This document shows positions 8,002-18,633 of a stretch of DNA of 64,000 nucleotides, piece after piece (within the stretch, counting starts at the first letter, position 1; each line of letters starts with the position of its first letter). A program made the position numbers and the translations under genes. The notes beneath the pieces were generated by a model. The model made no database searches. It saw nothing but the letters and a program-made list of their open reading frames with translations, and was not told the DNA's origin. Source of the stretch: Candidatus Bipolaricaulota bacterium (GTDB taxonomy: Bacteria > Bipolaricaulota > Bipolaricaulia > M55B111); assembly GCA_018400715.1 (NCBI GenBank), contig JAGYME010000005.1, forward strand, positions 3,620-67,619. The letters are read 5' to 3'.

Positions 8002-9189
8002 CTAGGTGGTCGAGGATATCGGCATGCAGACGTAGAGGAAATCCCCGCTTTCCTCGGCAGGCTCCATGAGCCCGGCTGTCTCCGCGTCTTCGAGCCACAG
8101 CACCACTTCCTGGCCCTTCATCCGTCTCAGCGCATCGACGAGAAACTCCCCTTTAAAGGATATCTCGACCGACCCTTTGCTCGCCTCGTTGAGAGAGACG
8201 ACCTCCTCGAACTCACCCTTCTCGGGAGAGGACGAGTAGATGGTTAGCTCTTTCATCTCCTCCTCGACCGTTAACCTGACGGCACCGGACTCCTCCGATG
8301 CGGTTATCTCCGCCCTGGTCAGAGTCTCCAGGAACTCGTCACGGTTAATCCGCAGCGGAAGCTCGTTACCCTCGGGAATCACCGTTTCGAAGTCGGGGAA
8401 CTCCTCCATTATCAACTTGTCCGAAAAGACGATCTCATCGGTAACGAAGAAGATCTCGGACTTTGAGGCGTAGGTCGTCACTACGTCGGAATCGGCCTGA
8501 GAGAGAATTCTGTCCAGCTCCGAGAGGGCGCTCGACTCTATCAACAAAGTTCCCTCCTCGTCGGAGTCAGACAGAGGCAGCGACTTGATAGCCATCCGAT
8601 ATCCGTTGGTAGCGACCATCTTCATGCCCCCCTCGCCGATAATGGTATTGACGCCGGTCAGGGACAACCTGGTCGTCTCCTTTGTTTTGAGGGCGGCAAA
8701 CGTAGTCTGTTTGATGGCTGACTTGAACTCGCCCACGTCCAGTTCGGCGATCGGCTCCTCCGGGAGTTCGTCGACCGAGGGAAAATCGTCCGTCGACATC
8801 TGGAACAGGTCGAATGTAATAGACCCGGACGAGAGCTTGACCTTCTGATTCTCTTCGGGGTCGGACGAGAGCTTGACCTCGCCGCTCTCGGGGATACGCT
8901 GAGTAATCTTCGCCAGGACGTCCCCCTTCAAAACGACCGTGGCCGGCTCAGCCAGGTTAGTGATCGGTATCGCAACCCTCGTAGTCATCTCCAGGTCGGT
9001 AGTGGTGAGTTTCATCTCTTCCCCGCCGATTTCCATCTTCACGCCAGTTAATATTGGCATGTCCCGTCCCGTGCCAAGGCTCCGCTTGACCACGTCCATG
9101 CCATATATAAGATCCTTAGTCTGACAGCTTAAGTCCACCTGAGCAGGCCTCTCCGTTTCGGGTTCCAGTTCCGGATCGGTCACGTTCAA
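8002..9189 (-). CDS. dnaN: DNA polymerase III beta clamp
   Basis: PILTGV, TTDLE, VATNGYRM, FPDFETVIP, YVCMPI; TTG start with SD GGAGG. Confidence 0.93.
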   Translation of the reverse strand: MNVTDPELEPETERPAQVDLSCQTKDLIYGMDVVKRSLGTGRDMPILTGVKMEIGGEEMKLTTTDLEMTTRVAIPITNLAEPATVVLKGDVLAKITQRIPESGEVKLSSDPEENQKVKLSSGSITFDLFQMSTDDFPSVDELPEEPIAELDVGEFKSAIKQTTFAALKTKETTRLSLTGVNTIIGEGGMKMVATNGYRMAIKSLPLSDSDEEGTLLIESSALSELDRILSQADSDVVTTYASKSEIFFVTDEIVFSDKLIMEEFPDFETVIPEGNELPLRINRDEFLETLTRAEITASEESGAVRLTVEEEMKELTIYSSSPEKGEFEEVVSLNEASKGSVEISFKGEFLVDALRRMKGQEVVLWLEDAETAGLMEPAEESGDFLYVCMPISSTT

Positions 9190-9267
9190 TACCTCCTTGT
9201 TATTCTCCTGTTAACCGTACAGTTGAAACAAACATAACCATATGATACTAACTACAACCTCATTAAT

Positions 9268-9906
9268 CTATCCGTTGAGATCGTTCAATTCCTCTCCCAC
9301 CTGACCGCGAACTATCTCGTGAATATCTTCCTTTGTAAGCGACCCATCTATCACCATGTGGTCCGCCCTTTGCGAGACTTCCCTGAGGTATCCTTCCCTG
9401 ACCTTGAGGTAAAAGTCCTCGCTCTCCTTTTCAATCCTGTCGGGTTCCTTGCCCAGGGTCCTGGAGTCCATCGCCTTCAGGTCGATGTCAAGGAAGAACG
9501 TGAGGTCGGGCTCGACTCCGTCCACGGCGACGGCGTTCAACTTCTTCACGTCCTCGATCCGCACACCTCTGCCATATCCTTGATACGCTACTGAGGAGAG
9601 GGCAAACCTATCAGAGATAACTATCTTGCCCTCCTCCAGTTCCGGAACAAGCTTTTCCCTAACCAGCTGGGAGCGCGAGACCTCGTACAGGAAGAGTTCG
9701 GCGATACCGGTTATGTCTATTCCCCTGTCCTCTAATAGCAACTCCCTGACCTCGCGACCGAGGGCGGTCCCGCCGGGCTCCTCGACAACCAGTACAGAAT
9801 ATCCCCGGCCTTCCAGGTAGTCCGCCAACAAGTTGGCCTGAGTCGTCGTGCCGGAACCGTCAAGGCCTTCGAACACGAAGAACTTGCCCTCTCGCCTATC
9901 TTCCAA
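9268..9906 (-). CDS. tmk: Thymidylate kinase
   Basis: FEGLDGSGTTTQ, EPGGT, SDRF..SS.AYQG. Confidence 0.95.
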   Translation of the reverse strand: MEDRREGKFFVFEGLDGSGTTTQANLLADYLEGRGYSVLVVEEPGGTALGREVRELLLEDRGIDITGIAELFLYEVSRSQLVREKLVPELEEGKIVISDRFALSSVAYQGYGRGVRIEDVKKLNAVAVDGVEPDLTFFLDIDLKAMDSRTLGKEPDRIEKESEDFYLKVREGYLREVSQRADHMVIDGSLTKEDIHEIVRGQVGEELNDLNG

Positions 9907-10351
9907 TTGCTTCAGAACCCCCTATAAGTCCAAATACGATCAGCCCCGTGCCACTGACTATGGCCACGTCGGCGAGGTTGAATATGGGCAGGTCCCCGAA
10001 CTGGATGAAGTCAACTACCGCACCGTAAGCGATCCTGTCGATCAGGTTGCCACAGGAGCCGCCGAGAAGCAAGGCCAATCCCAACCTTATGACGAGCTGG
10101 TTTATGTTCGAAAAGAACAGGAGATAGGCAATCAACCCCACCGAGATAAAGGTTATTAGGGCAAATAGAGCGCTGCGCCTGGGCAGAATCCCAAATGCCC
10201 CACCCGAGTTCTCGACGTACCTCAATGAGAGAAAGCCGGTACGAAAGAAGAGGGTCGAGCCCCGGTGATAGAAGAGGCTGACAAGCGCCTTGCTGATCCT
10301 ATCCAGGACGAGAACCGCACAGGCGATGTAAAAATAACCGAGACTACTCAA
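9896..10351 (-). CDS. lspA: Lipoprotein signal peptidase II
   Basis: NSGGAFG, GNLIDR, VVDFI, FNLAD; in-frame TTG at 10351 has SD GGAGG. Confidence 0.9.
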   Translation of the reverse strand: MSSLGYFYIACAVLVLDRISKALVSLFYHRGSTLFFRTGFLSLRYVENSGGAFGILPRRSALFALITFISVGLIAYLLFFSNINQLVIRLGLALLLGGSCGNLIDRIAYGAVVDFIQFGDLPIFNLADVAIVSGTGLIVFGLIGGSEAIGR

Positions 10352-10436
10352 TTCAACCTCCCGCAAAGAAACAATGCCTTCAAAATCTACATTTCTCAAA
10401 CCGCAAACGTCCCAAGATAAGTGCGGTGAAAATAGG

Positions 10437-13055
10437 TTAATCCTCGTTCAGCGAGGACATGACGATATTTACGCCGGTGGAAAGGGCCTCAGCCAGCTTG
10501 GCCCTGTCGGGGCCACCGCCCTGGGCAAATGCAGGAGACCCACCTCCGCCTCCACCGAGGACCCGGGCCGACTCGCGAACGATCTCCCCCGCGTCCAGCT
10601 TGCTGGCAACCTCGTCGGATACCTTACAGACGACCGAGGCGCTCTCTTCGTCGCTCGTCCCCAGGATGATCACCCCTGTTATCTCGGCCTCGATCATGTC
10701 CGCTAACGCCTGTAGATCAGCGCTGTCCACGTCGGGGCGGGCGGAGAGTACCTCAACTCCGTCTTCGGTTTCTACGTCCTCCATCAGTCGGTCCTTTACG
10801 GCCGTGAGCAGCTTTCGTTTCTTTCTTTCCAGCTTCTCTTCTAACTCGTCCTGTCTCTCCAGGATCGATTCAACCCGTTCGACCAGGTTAGTCTCACCCG
10901 TACGGACGAGGCCAGCCAGTTTCCCTTCCCTGTCTCTCTTCTCCCGATAGTCCGACAGGAAACCGGTTCCGGTTACGGCTCTCACCCTCCGGATCCCCGA
11001 GGAGATCGTCTCAATCGAGGTAATCGCAAAACCACCGATGTCGCCGGAACGATTTACGTGAGTGCCCCCACAGAGCTCCTTGCTGAAGTCCCCCACGGAT
11101 ATTATCCTGAGCTCCTCCTTTCCGCGGTACTCCTCGTCAAAGTGGGCGGCCGCCCCGATCTTCCTCGCCTCTTCCACGGAGTCAACCCAGTCGACGTTGA
11201 CGGGAAGGTTGTCCAGGACGACGGTGTTAACTATCTCCTCTACTTCTTCGAGCTGCTCATCGTCGGGGATTTGAAAGTGGTTGAAATCAAACCTGAGTTC
11301 GTCCGGCGACACCTTCGAACCGGACTGAACTACGTGGGGCCCCAACGTCTTGATCAACGCCTTGTGCAGCAGGTGCGTGGCGGTGTGGTTCCTCTCCGTG
11401 GACCGGCGGCGTTCGCTATCTATCTCCGCGACCACCTGGTCACCAACGCTAACCTGACCCTCTTCCATCGTCAGGCCATGATAATAGACGCCCTTCCGTT
11501 CGGCAACGTCATACACGGAGGCCTGAAGTGAACAAGTCGAGATCGTCCCCACGTCACTTACCTGGCCGCCGGCCTCGGCGTAGAAGGGGGTCCGGTCGAG
11601 CACGAGGAAACCTGCATCGCCCTCAGTCATCTCTTCTACTGGTCCGTCGTCACGGATCAGCGCAAGTACCTCCGCTTCTACCTCGTCCTGCTCGTACCCA
11701 AGAAACTCCGTCTCCTCGACGTCGACGAAGGTATGCAGGGCGTCACCTTCCTCCTGGCCTGCACGGGAGCGGGACCGCTGCTTTGCCATCTCCTCCTTGA
11801 ACCCAGCCTCGTCGACCTCCAGTCCCTCCCTATCGGCCAACTTCTTCAAAAACGACAGGGGCAGGCCGTGTGTATCGTAGAGGCGAAAGGCGTCCGTGCC
11901 GGAGATCGTCCCGTCGGCCCCCTCAGATAGGTCGGAAGCAAGGCGATAAAAGAGCTCTTCGCCCTCAGTCAGCGTCTCCCGGTAGGAATCCTCCTCGTTT
12001 TCAATCACGTTCTTGATCAGGTCACTCCTCTCCAGCAACTCCGGATAGGTGCCGCCCATAGTGTCGTAAACTGGTTCCAGGTTATTCGTCAAGAAGGTCT
12101 CCTTCATTCCCAGCCTGTCTCCAGCCTGTACGGCCCTCCTGATCAACCGCCTGAGGACGTAACCCTGACCCTCGTTTGAGGGAATGACGCCTTCGGAGAT
12201 CAAAAAGGCGGCGCCACGGATATGATCTGCGACCCGGCGGACCAGGCCCTCCTGTTCCGCGGAGTAATCGTTCAGCCCTATGGTCTCCTTTAGTTGAGAG
12301 ATGAGCGGGCGAAATATATCAATCTCGTAATCGGAGTCGACGCCCTGAAGTACCGCCGACACCCTCTCCAACCCCATGCCGGTGTCGATGTTCTGACTGG
12401 CGAGATCCATGACGTTTCCGTCCCTGTCCATCTCGTAACCGGTAAACACGAGGTTCCAGAGTTCGTTAAACCTGTTGCAATCACAGGCGAGCCCTTCGCA
12501 GTCTGGGCCACACCTGTACTCTTCCCCGGCGTCGTAGAAGATCTCCGAGTCGGGACCGCAAGGACCTGAATCCCCCACCGGTCCCCACCAGTTTTCCTTA
12601 TCTCCCAGCCTGACGATCTTCCTCTCGGGAACACCTATCTCGTCCTTCCATATGTCGTACGCCTCCTGGTCCGTCTCGTAGACGGAGACCCACAACCTCT
12701 CCTCCTCCATAAGGAGGACCTCCGTGACGAACTCCCAGGCGAGCTCTATCGCACCCTGCTTGAAGTAATCACCGAAGGAGAAGTTTCCAAGCATCTCGAA
12801 GAACGTGTGGTGGTACCAGGTGTTGCCCACCTCTTCGATGTCCTTCGCCCGAAAACATTTCTGACAGGTCGCTACCCGCCGGACATCTGGCTTACGCCGG
12901 CCCCAGAAGATGTCCTTAAACTGCACCATCCCCGCCGAGGTAAATAGCATAGAGGGGTCATCGGGAATTAACCCTGACCCCTCTTTTATCTCGTGTCCTC
13001 GTTCCTCAAAGTAACTGAGGTAGGCTTCTCTTAGCCTGTCGGTACTCCACTTCAT
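10437..13055 (-). CDS. alaS: Alanine--tRNA ligase
   Basis: LFTSAGMVQFK, HHTFFEMLGNFSFGDYFK, IDTGMGLER, NHTATHLL, ELCGGTH, GGGGG DHHA1. Confidence 0.98.
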   Translation of the reverse strand: MKWSTDRLREAYLSYFEERGHEIKEGSGLIPDDPSMLFTSAGMVQFKDIFWGRRKPDVRRVATCQKCFRAKDIEEVGNTWYHHTFFEMLGNFSFGDYFKQGAIELAWEFVTEVLLMEEERLWVSVYETDQEAYDIWKDEIGVPERKIVRLGDKENWWGPVGDSGPCGPDSEIFYDAGEEYRCGPDCEGLACDCNRFNELWNLVFTGYEMDRDGNVMDLASQNIDTGMGLERVSAVLQGVDSDYEIDIFRPLISQLKETIGLNDYSAEQEGLVRRVADHIRGAAFLISEGVIPSNEGQGYVLRRLIRRAVQAGDRLGMKETFLTNNLEPVYDTMGGTYPELLERSDLIKNVIENEEDSYRETLTEGEELFYRLASDLSEGADGTISGTDAFRLYDTHGLPLSFLKKLADREGLEVDEAGFKEEMAKQRSRSRAGQEEGDALHTFVDVEETEFLGYEQDEVEAEVLALIRDDGPVEEMTEGDAGFLVLDRTPFYAEAGGQVSDVGTISTCSLQASVYDVAERKGVYYHGLTMEEGQVSVGDQVVAEIDSERRRSTERNHTATHLLHKALIKTLGPHVVQSGSKVSPDELRFDFNHFQIPDDEQLEEVEEIVNTVVLDNLPVNVDWVDSVEEARKIGAAAHFDEEYRGKEELRIISVGDFSKELCGGTHVNRSGDIGGFAITSIETISSGIRRVRAVTGTGFLSDYREKRDREGKLAGLVRTGETNLVERVESILERQDELEEKLERKKRKLLTAVKDRLMEDVETEDGVEVLSARPDVDSADLQALADMIEAEITGVIILGTSDEESASVVCKVSDEVASKLDAGEIVRESARVLGGGGGGSPAFAQGGGPDRAKLAEALSTGVNIVMSSLNED

Positions 13056-13058
13056 CGA

Positions 13059-14360
13059 CTATTCCTTTTCAATTGAAAGCCTGTGGAGAACTGGCCCGGT
13101 CAACAACTTCGGGTAGAAGTCCGTGGACTTCTGCGGCATCTTCTCTCCTTTGTCGGCTATCTCCTTGACCTGATCGATTCTGGTCGGGTTCATGATGAAC
13201 GCGCCCTGGTACTTTCCTTCCTTGAGCATGTCGAGTGCCTTCTCGCGCCCCCGGACGTACTCCAGGTTTCTCTTTTCCTCGAGCGCCTCCTCATCGATTC
13301 CGAGGTATCCTTCAAGGATGAGCTTGTGGAGTATGGCCACGTCGAGGCTCCTCCAGACTTCCGACTTGTCGGGGAGGAGTTCATCCATCACCGACTCGTT
13401 AAGCAGCGTCAAACTCCAGTAGGCCTTGTCGCCCTTGGCGCGATAGCCAAACGTGTGTTTGTCCCCCAGGTCCTCGTCCAGCTTCTCCAGCAGACCTTCC
13501 CTCTCGTCGAACCGCGAAATAGAGAAGTGTTCTCTGGCCTTGTCCAGCACGTCGTGAGGCTTGAATTTATCGAGTCCATATACCAACCTGTGAGTCGCCA
13601 GTATGCTCAAGCCGGGGTCGTCCACGTTGACGAAGGTCATCATTCTGTGATCGAACCCCTCGTCCCCCACAGATTCCCAGCCCTTTTCCCTGCACTCGTT
13701 CCTGTAGTTTAGAGCAGTCTCGTAGCGATGGTGACCGTCAGCAATGTATAGACTCTTGTCCTTCATACCACCCTGGATGGACGAGATAAATGATTCATCA
13801 GTTATCCTCCAGAGCTTGTGGACGTTTCGGTCCGCGTCCTTGACTTCGACCAGGGGCTCCTCCCCCGTCACCGAATCGAGCGTCCCCGTCACCGAGTTTT
13901 CCGGGTCAGAGTACAGCATGAAGATCTGCCCGAAGTTTGATTCGGTAGCCCTAAGCAGCCGTAACCTATCGGCCTTGGGGCCGGACATCGTCTCCTCGTG
14001 TGCCTTGACGCCTTCTCCCTCTTCGATCTTGCCGAGTCCGATAAACCCTTTGCGGACCCTCTTTTCGCCCTCGACCTTGTATTCCTGGTAGTAAGCGTAA
14101 AAAGCGGGTTCCTCATCCCGCTGGAGTACGCCTTCGTCAATCCAATCCTGCAGGTAATCTGCGGCAACTTCGTACTTGTCCTCGTCCTCTCCAATAGCCT
14201 CGCTCAGAATAATCCTGACGATGTTGTAGGGGCTACTGTTTATCAGGTCCTCCCTGGTCTCGCCATCGATCTTGTCGTAAGGTGGACTTACGACGCGGTT
14301 TAGGTCGCCGGCTTTTTCACGGTTGTACCTATACCCACGGAACGGGTATACCTCTGCCAT
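13059..14360 (-). CDS. DUF1015 family protein
   Basis: VSPPYD, AHEET, YIADGHHRYETA, MPQKSTDFYPKL; usual neighbour of serA/aminotransferase. Confidence 0.92.
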   Translation of the reverse strand: MAEVYPFRGYRYNREKAGDLNRVVSPPYDKIDGETREDLINSSPYNIVRIILSEAIGEDEDKYEVAADYLQDWIDEGVLQRDEEPAFYAYYQEYKVEGEKRVRKGFIGLGKIEEGEGVKAHEETMSGPKADRLRLLRATESNFGQIFMLYSDPENSVTGTLDSVTGEEPLVEVKDADRNVHKLWRITDESFISSIQGGMKDKSLYIADGHHRYETALNYRNECREKGWESVGDEGFDHRMMTFVNVDDPGLSILATHRLVYGLDKFKPHDVLDKAREHFSISRFDEREGLLEKLDEDLGDKHTFGYRAKGDKAYWSLTLLNESVMDELLPDKSEVWRSLDVAILHKLILEGYLGIDEEALEEKRNLEYVRGREKALDMLKEGKYQGAFIMNPTRIDQVKEIADKGEKMPQKSTDFYPKLLTGPVLHRLSIEKE

Positions 14361-14365
14361 TGTGT

Positions 14366-15277
14366 TTACACCTCGCCAAAGAAATCAATAAGTTCATCAG
14401 CTGCCTGAACACCAACTCTACTCTGCGCTTCAAAGGTCGACGCCCCAAGGTGTGGGGTCAACGAGAGTTTGTCCACGCTCAGGAGTTCCTCGTTTTCCGG
14501 TGGTTCTTCGTTAAATACGTCCAGGCCGGCACCTGCAATCCAGCCTTCAGTCAGTGCTTCGGTAAGAGCGTCTTCGTCGACAACTCCTCCACGAGCACAG
14601 TTGATTATGCAGCTCGATTCTTTCATCGTTTTCAGTTCATCTCGCCCGATCGTCGCGCCCTCGGATTTAATAAATGGAATGTGGAGGGTCACGAAGTCCG
14701 AGGTATCGAGGAGCTCGTCCAGGGAAACCATCTCTACTTCGTCAATCGGCGCCTCGTCCACGTACTTATCAAACGCTACCGCGTCCATGCCCAGGGCATC
14801 GCATTTTTTCGCAACGAGTTGACCTATTCTCCCAATCCCGATAATTCCCACGGTCTTCCCCATCAATTCGTTACCCTTTAGTTCTCCCTTGATCCACCTC
14901 TGCTCCTTCAGCGATGCAGTCCCCCTGGGGACGTTTCTTGACAGGGCAAGCATGTGAGCGAGTGCCAGTTCGGCGACGGCGTTGGAACTTGCCTCGGGCG
15001 TGTTCCTCACTTCAATCCCCAGCTCCTCCGCACAATCGAGGTCGATGTTGTCCAGCCCGACGCCGGCCCGGACGATAATCTCCAGGTCCTCCGCCGCCTC
15101 GAGGATTGGTTCCCTCAATTTAGTACCCGACCTGACGACAATCCCGTCGTAACTACCAATTTGTTCGGTAAGCTCTTCGGCCGAGAGGTCGGTCTTGGTC
15201 TCTAGTTGGAACCCGGCCTCCTCCAGCTTCTTAACCCCTTCTTCAGCAATCGGATCTGAAATTAAAACTTTAGGCAT
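14366..15277 (-). CDS. serA: D-3-phosphoglycerate dehydrogenase-like D-2-hydroxyacid dehydrogenase (short form, no ACT domain)
   Basis: RAGVGLDNID, GIIGIGRIG, INCARGG, LDVFNEEP, TPHLGAST. Confidence 0.85.
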   Translation of the reverse strand: MPKVLISDPIAEEGVKKLEEAGFQLETKTDLSAEELTEQIGSYDGIVVRSGTKLREPILEAAEDLEIIVRAGVGLDNIDLDCAEELGIEVRNTPEASSNAVAELALAHMLALSRNVPRGTASLKEQRWIKGELKGNELMGKTVGIIGIGRIGQLVAKKCDALGMDAVAFDKYVDEAPIDEVEMVSLDELLDTSDFVTLHIPFIKSEGATIGRDELKTMKESSCIINCARGGVVDEDALTEALTEGWIAGAGLDVFNEEPPENEELLSVDKLSLTPHLGASTFEAQSRVGVQAADELIDFFGEV

Positions 15278-15291
15278 GTTTCCCCCTCCTA

Positions 15292-16365
15292 TTACTCAAG
15301 TCCTAAAATGTCGTTTATCGTCGCGAGTAGACCGCGGATGTCGATTTCCGTCAGGTCTGCCATGTTGGAGATCCTAAAGGTCTTCTCCTTCATGTCGCCG
15401 TAACCGTTGGCAATCCTCACGTTGTGCTTGGAGACCAGTTCCTCGTTAAGATCAGCAACGGAAATCCCCCTGGTGTTTTCCACACAGGTCAGCGTCTTCG
15501 ACCAGTACCCTTCCTCGGGGAAGATGTCGAAGTACTTCTTCGCCCAGTCCTGGACTATGCCGGAGAGTTTGTCGTGGCGGGCAAACCTGTTCTCGATACC
15601 TTCCTCGTCAACGATGTGCATTAGTTGTTTTCTCAGCCCAAATATCTGCGGGATAGCCGGCGTGGTCCTCGTCTGACTCCGTTTGTGGTACTTATGAAGC
15701 AGGGGCAGGTTAAAGTAGTAACTGCGAGGCTCAACCTCCTCGGCCCTCTCCAGCAACCCCTCACTTACCGAAGCGACCGCCAGGCCTGACGGCAGCCCGA
15801 ACGCCTTCTGGACGCCGGCGAGACACATGTCGACACCCCAATCGTCCACTTCTATCTTCGCCCCGGCCATACCGGAAACGGCGTCGACGAGAAAGAGGAC
15901 GTCGTCGTAACCCTTAATTACCTCGCCAATCTCCTTCACGTCGTTCATCATACCAACGGAAGTTTCGTTGAAAACCATGGTTACAGCGTCGTACTTGCCC
16001 GTAGATAGCTTGTCGTCAACCATCTCCGGGGTAATTGCCTTCCCCCAATCCTGGTCCAGCAAATCGGCTGGAACGCCATTCTTAACGGTGATCTTATGCC
16101 AGCGTTCGGCAAAGGCACCGTTTGATAGGTTCAAACACCTCTTCTTTACCCCATTAGTTACGGCGGACTCCATTGCCCCCGTGGAAGAGGAGGTAAACAA
16201 GAACACCGGGTTTTCGGTAAAGAGTAGGTCCTGCAACCTTACCTGGATGTCGTCGTATATTTCGCTAAAGTCTTCTGTTCTATGGTGGACCTGGGGCTCG
16301 GCCATTTCTTGTAAAAGCTCTGTCCTAACTTCGGTGGGACCTGGTGTAAATAGTTTTTCGTGCAT
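15292..16365 (-). CDS. Class V aminotransferase (alanine/serine-glyoxylate, phosphoserine aminotransferase-like)
   Basis: LFTPGPT, STGAME, NETS.G, VDAVS, GVQKAFGLPSGL, FRISNM. Confidence 0.9.
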   Translation of the reverse strand: MHEKLFTPGPTEVRTELLQEMAEPQVHHRTEDFSEIYDDIQVRLQDLLFTENPVFLFTSSSTGAMESAVTNGVKKRCLNLSNGAFAERWHKITVKNGVPADLLDQDWGKAITPEMVDDKLSTGKYDAVTMVFNETSVGMMNDVKEIGEVIKGYDDVLFLVDAVSGMAGAKIEVDDWGVDMCLAGVQKAFGLPSGLAVASVSEGLLERAEEVEPRSYYFNLPLLHKYHKRSQTRTTPAIPQIFGLRKQLMHIVDEEGIENRFARHDKLSGIVQDWAKKYFDIFPEEGYWSKTLTCVENTRGISVADLNEELVSKHNVRIANGYGDMKEKTFRISNMADLTEIDIRGLLATINDILGLE

Positions 16366-16500
16366 AACTATAGCACCTCCAAAATTTTTTTCATCAAAGG
16401 ATATTAAACCATATTGACGTTTGCAAAAAGGTTAACCTCGGGGCTAGTTTACTCCATTTTTTATTATAGATGAAACGTAGGAAGTTTGCGAACGGATATA

Positions 16501-16832
16501 TCAGTCCGCAGTCCGCAGTCAGGGCTCCTGGGTGTTGGCTCTTAGGTCGTAGGTCCTGGCAATTAGCATCTAGTAACCAATTAATCAAATCCCCCATTAA
16601 CCCATTACCGTTAACCCGTAAACCCCCACCTATCGCTACCTTTGAATCCCAACCACTACCACCGAACAACTGATACCTGATACCTAGTACCGGGTACCGG
16701 ATACCTCCCCTCCCATTACCCGTTACACATTACCAATTAACCAATTCACCAATTAACAAATCAACCAGTCAACTCATCAACCCATTACTCATCAACCCAT
16801 TAACTCATTACCCGCCACCCAATCAACCAGTT
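16501..16832 (+). repeat. Modular short-tandem-repeat element, copy B
   Basis: (CAGTCCG)2-CAGTCAG-GGCTCCTGGGTGTTGG..., then TCCTGGCAATTAG..TCTAGTAACCAA block shared with copy F, (CTGATAC/CTAGTAC/CGGATAC)n, (CCAATTAA/CCATTAA)n. Confidence 0.9.
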
Positions 16833-16877
16833 ATCGAAGAAAACAATACGGGGTTCTGTCTGATCAATATACAAAGA

Positions 16878-16895
16878 TAGTGAATCAAAGCACAA
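16878..16895. promoter_or_regulatory. Putative Rex operator (autoregulation)
   Basis: TAGTGAA-TCAA-AGCACAA vs Rex consensus TTGTGAA-N4-TTCACAA, upstream of rex. Confidence 0.5.
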
Positions 16896-16930
16896 AGTTT
16901 GCGGTTACATCTTAATTTTTCGTATTATTT

Positions 16931-16939
16931 TGGTATAAT
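16931..16939 (+). promoter_or_regulatory. Extended -10 promoter of rex
   Basis: TGGTATAAT (TGnTATAAT) ending 33 bp before the ATG. Confidence 0.55.
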
Positions 16940-16972
16940 ACTTTAGTCAACAAAAAAATACGAGGGTGAAAG

Positions 16973-17590
16973 ATGAAAGAAAGATCAATACCTAAAGAAA
17001 CTATTGACAGGCTGCCTCTATACCTTCGCTGTCTGGAGAAAATAATCGACGAGGGCGAGGTAAACATCTCGTCGGGTAACTTCTCCGAGAAGCTCAACTT
17101 GAACTCTGCTCAGGTCCGCAAAGATCTTTCGTACTTCGGCGATTTCGGTACTCGCGGCGTCGGATACGAAACGGAGACGCTGGCAAAGCAAATCCGTTCG
17201 ATCCTCCACCTTGATAAGAAGTGGGACATGGCGCTGGCAGGGGCTGGAAACATCGGTTCGGCGCTATTAACCTACACAGGTTTCAACGAAGGGGATTTTG
17301 AGGTCCAGGTAGCATTTGACAAGGACCCCGACCTGATTGGCAAGGAGATTAACGGCGTAAACATCGAAGACGCCGAGGACATGGAGAAGATTATCCGCGA
17401 CCAGGACATCAAGCTGGGGATAATTACGGTCCCGGCAAAAGCTGCGCAGGAGGTAGCGGACCAAATGGTAGAAGCGGGCGTTGAAGGCGTCCTAAACTTT
17501 GCGCCGACGCTTCTCGACCTTCCCAAGGAGGTTAAGCTCGCCCAGGTAGATATTACCAAGGAACTGGAACAACTCGTCTACTATCTCTAA
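16973..17590 (+). CDS. rex: Redox-sensing transcriptional repressor Rex
   Basis: RLPLYLR, QVRKDLSYFGDFGTRGVGY, GAGNIGSAL, LNFAP. Confidence 0.97.
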   Translation: MKERSIPKETIDRLPLYLRCLEKIIDEGEVNISSGNFSEKLNLNSAQVRKDLSYFGDFGTRGVGYETETLAKQIRSILHLDKKWDMALAGAGNIGSALLTYTGFNEGDFEVQVAFDKDPDLIGKEINGVNIEDAEDMEKIIRDQDIKLGIITVPAKAAQEVADQMVEAGVEGVLNFAPTLLDLPKEVKLAQVDITKELEQLVYYL

Positions 17591-17649
17591 GGACTCCTAT
17601 TAGACCTTCAATCGTGTTGCAACGTGGTTGTCCCCGGTTACGTAACACA

Positions 17650-17742
17650 AGGTATCAGGTACCCGGTATTAGGGTTTAGCAATTGCAAATGAGGTTTTCG
17701 GGGAACTGGTACCAGATACCGGATACCTAGTAGCTGGTACCT
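17650..17742. repeat. Short repeat element, copy C (inverted pair of GGTAC/GATAC heptamer blocks)
   Basis: AGGTATC-AGGTACC-CGGTATT facing CTGGTAC-CAGATAC-CGGATAC-CTAGTAG-CTGGTAC between convergent rex and coaX. Confidence 0.75.
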
Positions 17743-17809
17743 CTCATACCAAAGACGACGTTAACTAATCCGTTACAGGTATCGTCTTTATGCGAGCAAC
17801 TAATTCCAG

Positions 17810-18577
17810 TTACCGGCCAATTTTCTCTCGCCACAACGCCAACCCTGTAACGACCAGGTCCTCGTCGTAATAATCTATCGAGTCTATCTCTTCTGAGAAT
17901 ATCCTCCCCCTTCCCCCGGTGGCAATTACCCGAAAGTCGTCGCCAAAGCCCTCCCTGAACCTGGCAATCATGCCCTCGACCATGCTGATGAAACCGAGGA
18001 CGAACCCGGAATTGATGTTGTCATCGGTCGTCTTTCCTACAACGTTTTCCGGGAGTTCCAGTTCTACTTCGGGGAGCAGGGCAGCCCTCTCCACGAGAGC
18101 CTCCAGAGCGGTCTCCATCTCGGGGGAAATCGCACCGCCGAGAAAACTCCCTTTCTCGGAATAGAGCTCGAAACTGGTTGCGGTGCCAAAGTCAATTATC
18201 AACCCTGGTCCACCGTACTTATCCATCGCCGCGATGATATTAGCTATGCGGTCGGGACCGACTGCACCGGGCTCATCGACCTCGAGTGCGACTAACCCAT
18301 TGTCCGTCGGGCGGATAAATTCCGTCTCAATCCCGAGATACTTTCTCAGTCCGGAGGCGATCGTCTTGTTCAGGTAAGGAACGACGGAGGAAACTACGGC
18401 ATCTTCCAGATCGGACTTTTCTACCTCCGCCGACTCCAGAAGAGATAGTATCTTCAGGCCGAACTCGTCCTCCGTAACTCTCTGAATCGTGGAAACCCGC
18501 CAGGTGCGGGAGAGATCCCCATCGCGGAAACATCCGATCGTGATATTCGTGTTGCCAACGTCCAGGGCGAGAAACAT
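17810..18577 (-). CDS. coaX: Type III pantothenate kinase
   Basis: LDVGNTN, SSVVP, GPDR, IDFGTAT, GGAISP, IATGG. Confidence 0.95.
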   Translation of the reverse strand: MFLALDVGNTNITIGCFRDGDLSRTWRVSTIQRVTEDEFGLKILSLLESAEVEKSDLEDAVVSSVVPYLNKTIASGLRKYLGIETEFIRPTDNGLVALEVDEPGAVGPDRIANIIAAMDKYGGPGLIIDFGTATSFELYSEKGSFLGGAISPEMETALEALVERAALLPEVELELPENVVGKTTDDNINSGFVLGFISMVEGMIARFREGFGDDFRVIATGGRGRIFSEEIDSIDYYDEDLVVTGLALWREKIGR

Positions 18578-18633
18578 CTAGACCCCACCTCCGATAATAA
18601 GGTTATAAGCCCTTTTGTGCGTTTTGCTCCAGA

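Noticed and set aside
16394-16673. Short ORFs overlapping repeat elements (also 5663-5845, 19763-19966, 26685-26876, 32567-32779)
   Set aside because: Translations are by-products of 7/8-nt periodic sequence, with no convincing SD or family motifs and no frame conservation between copies.
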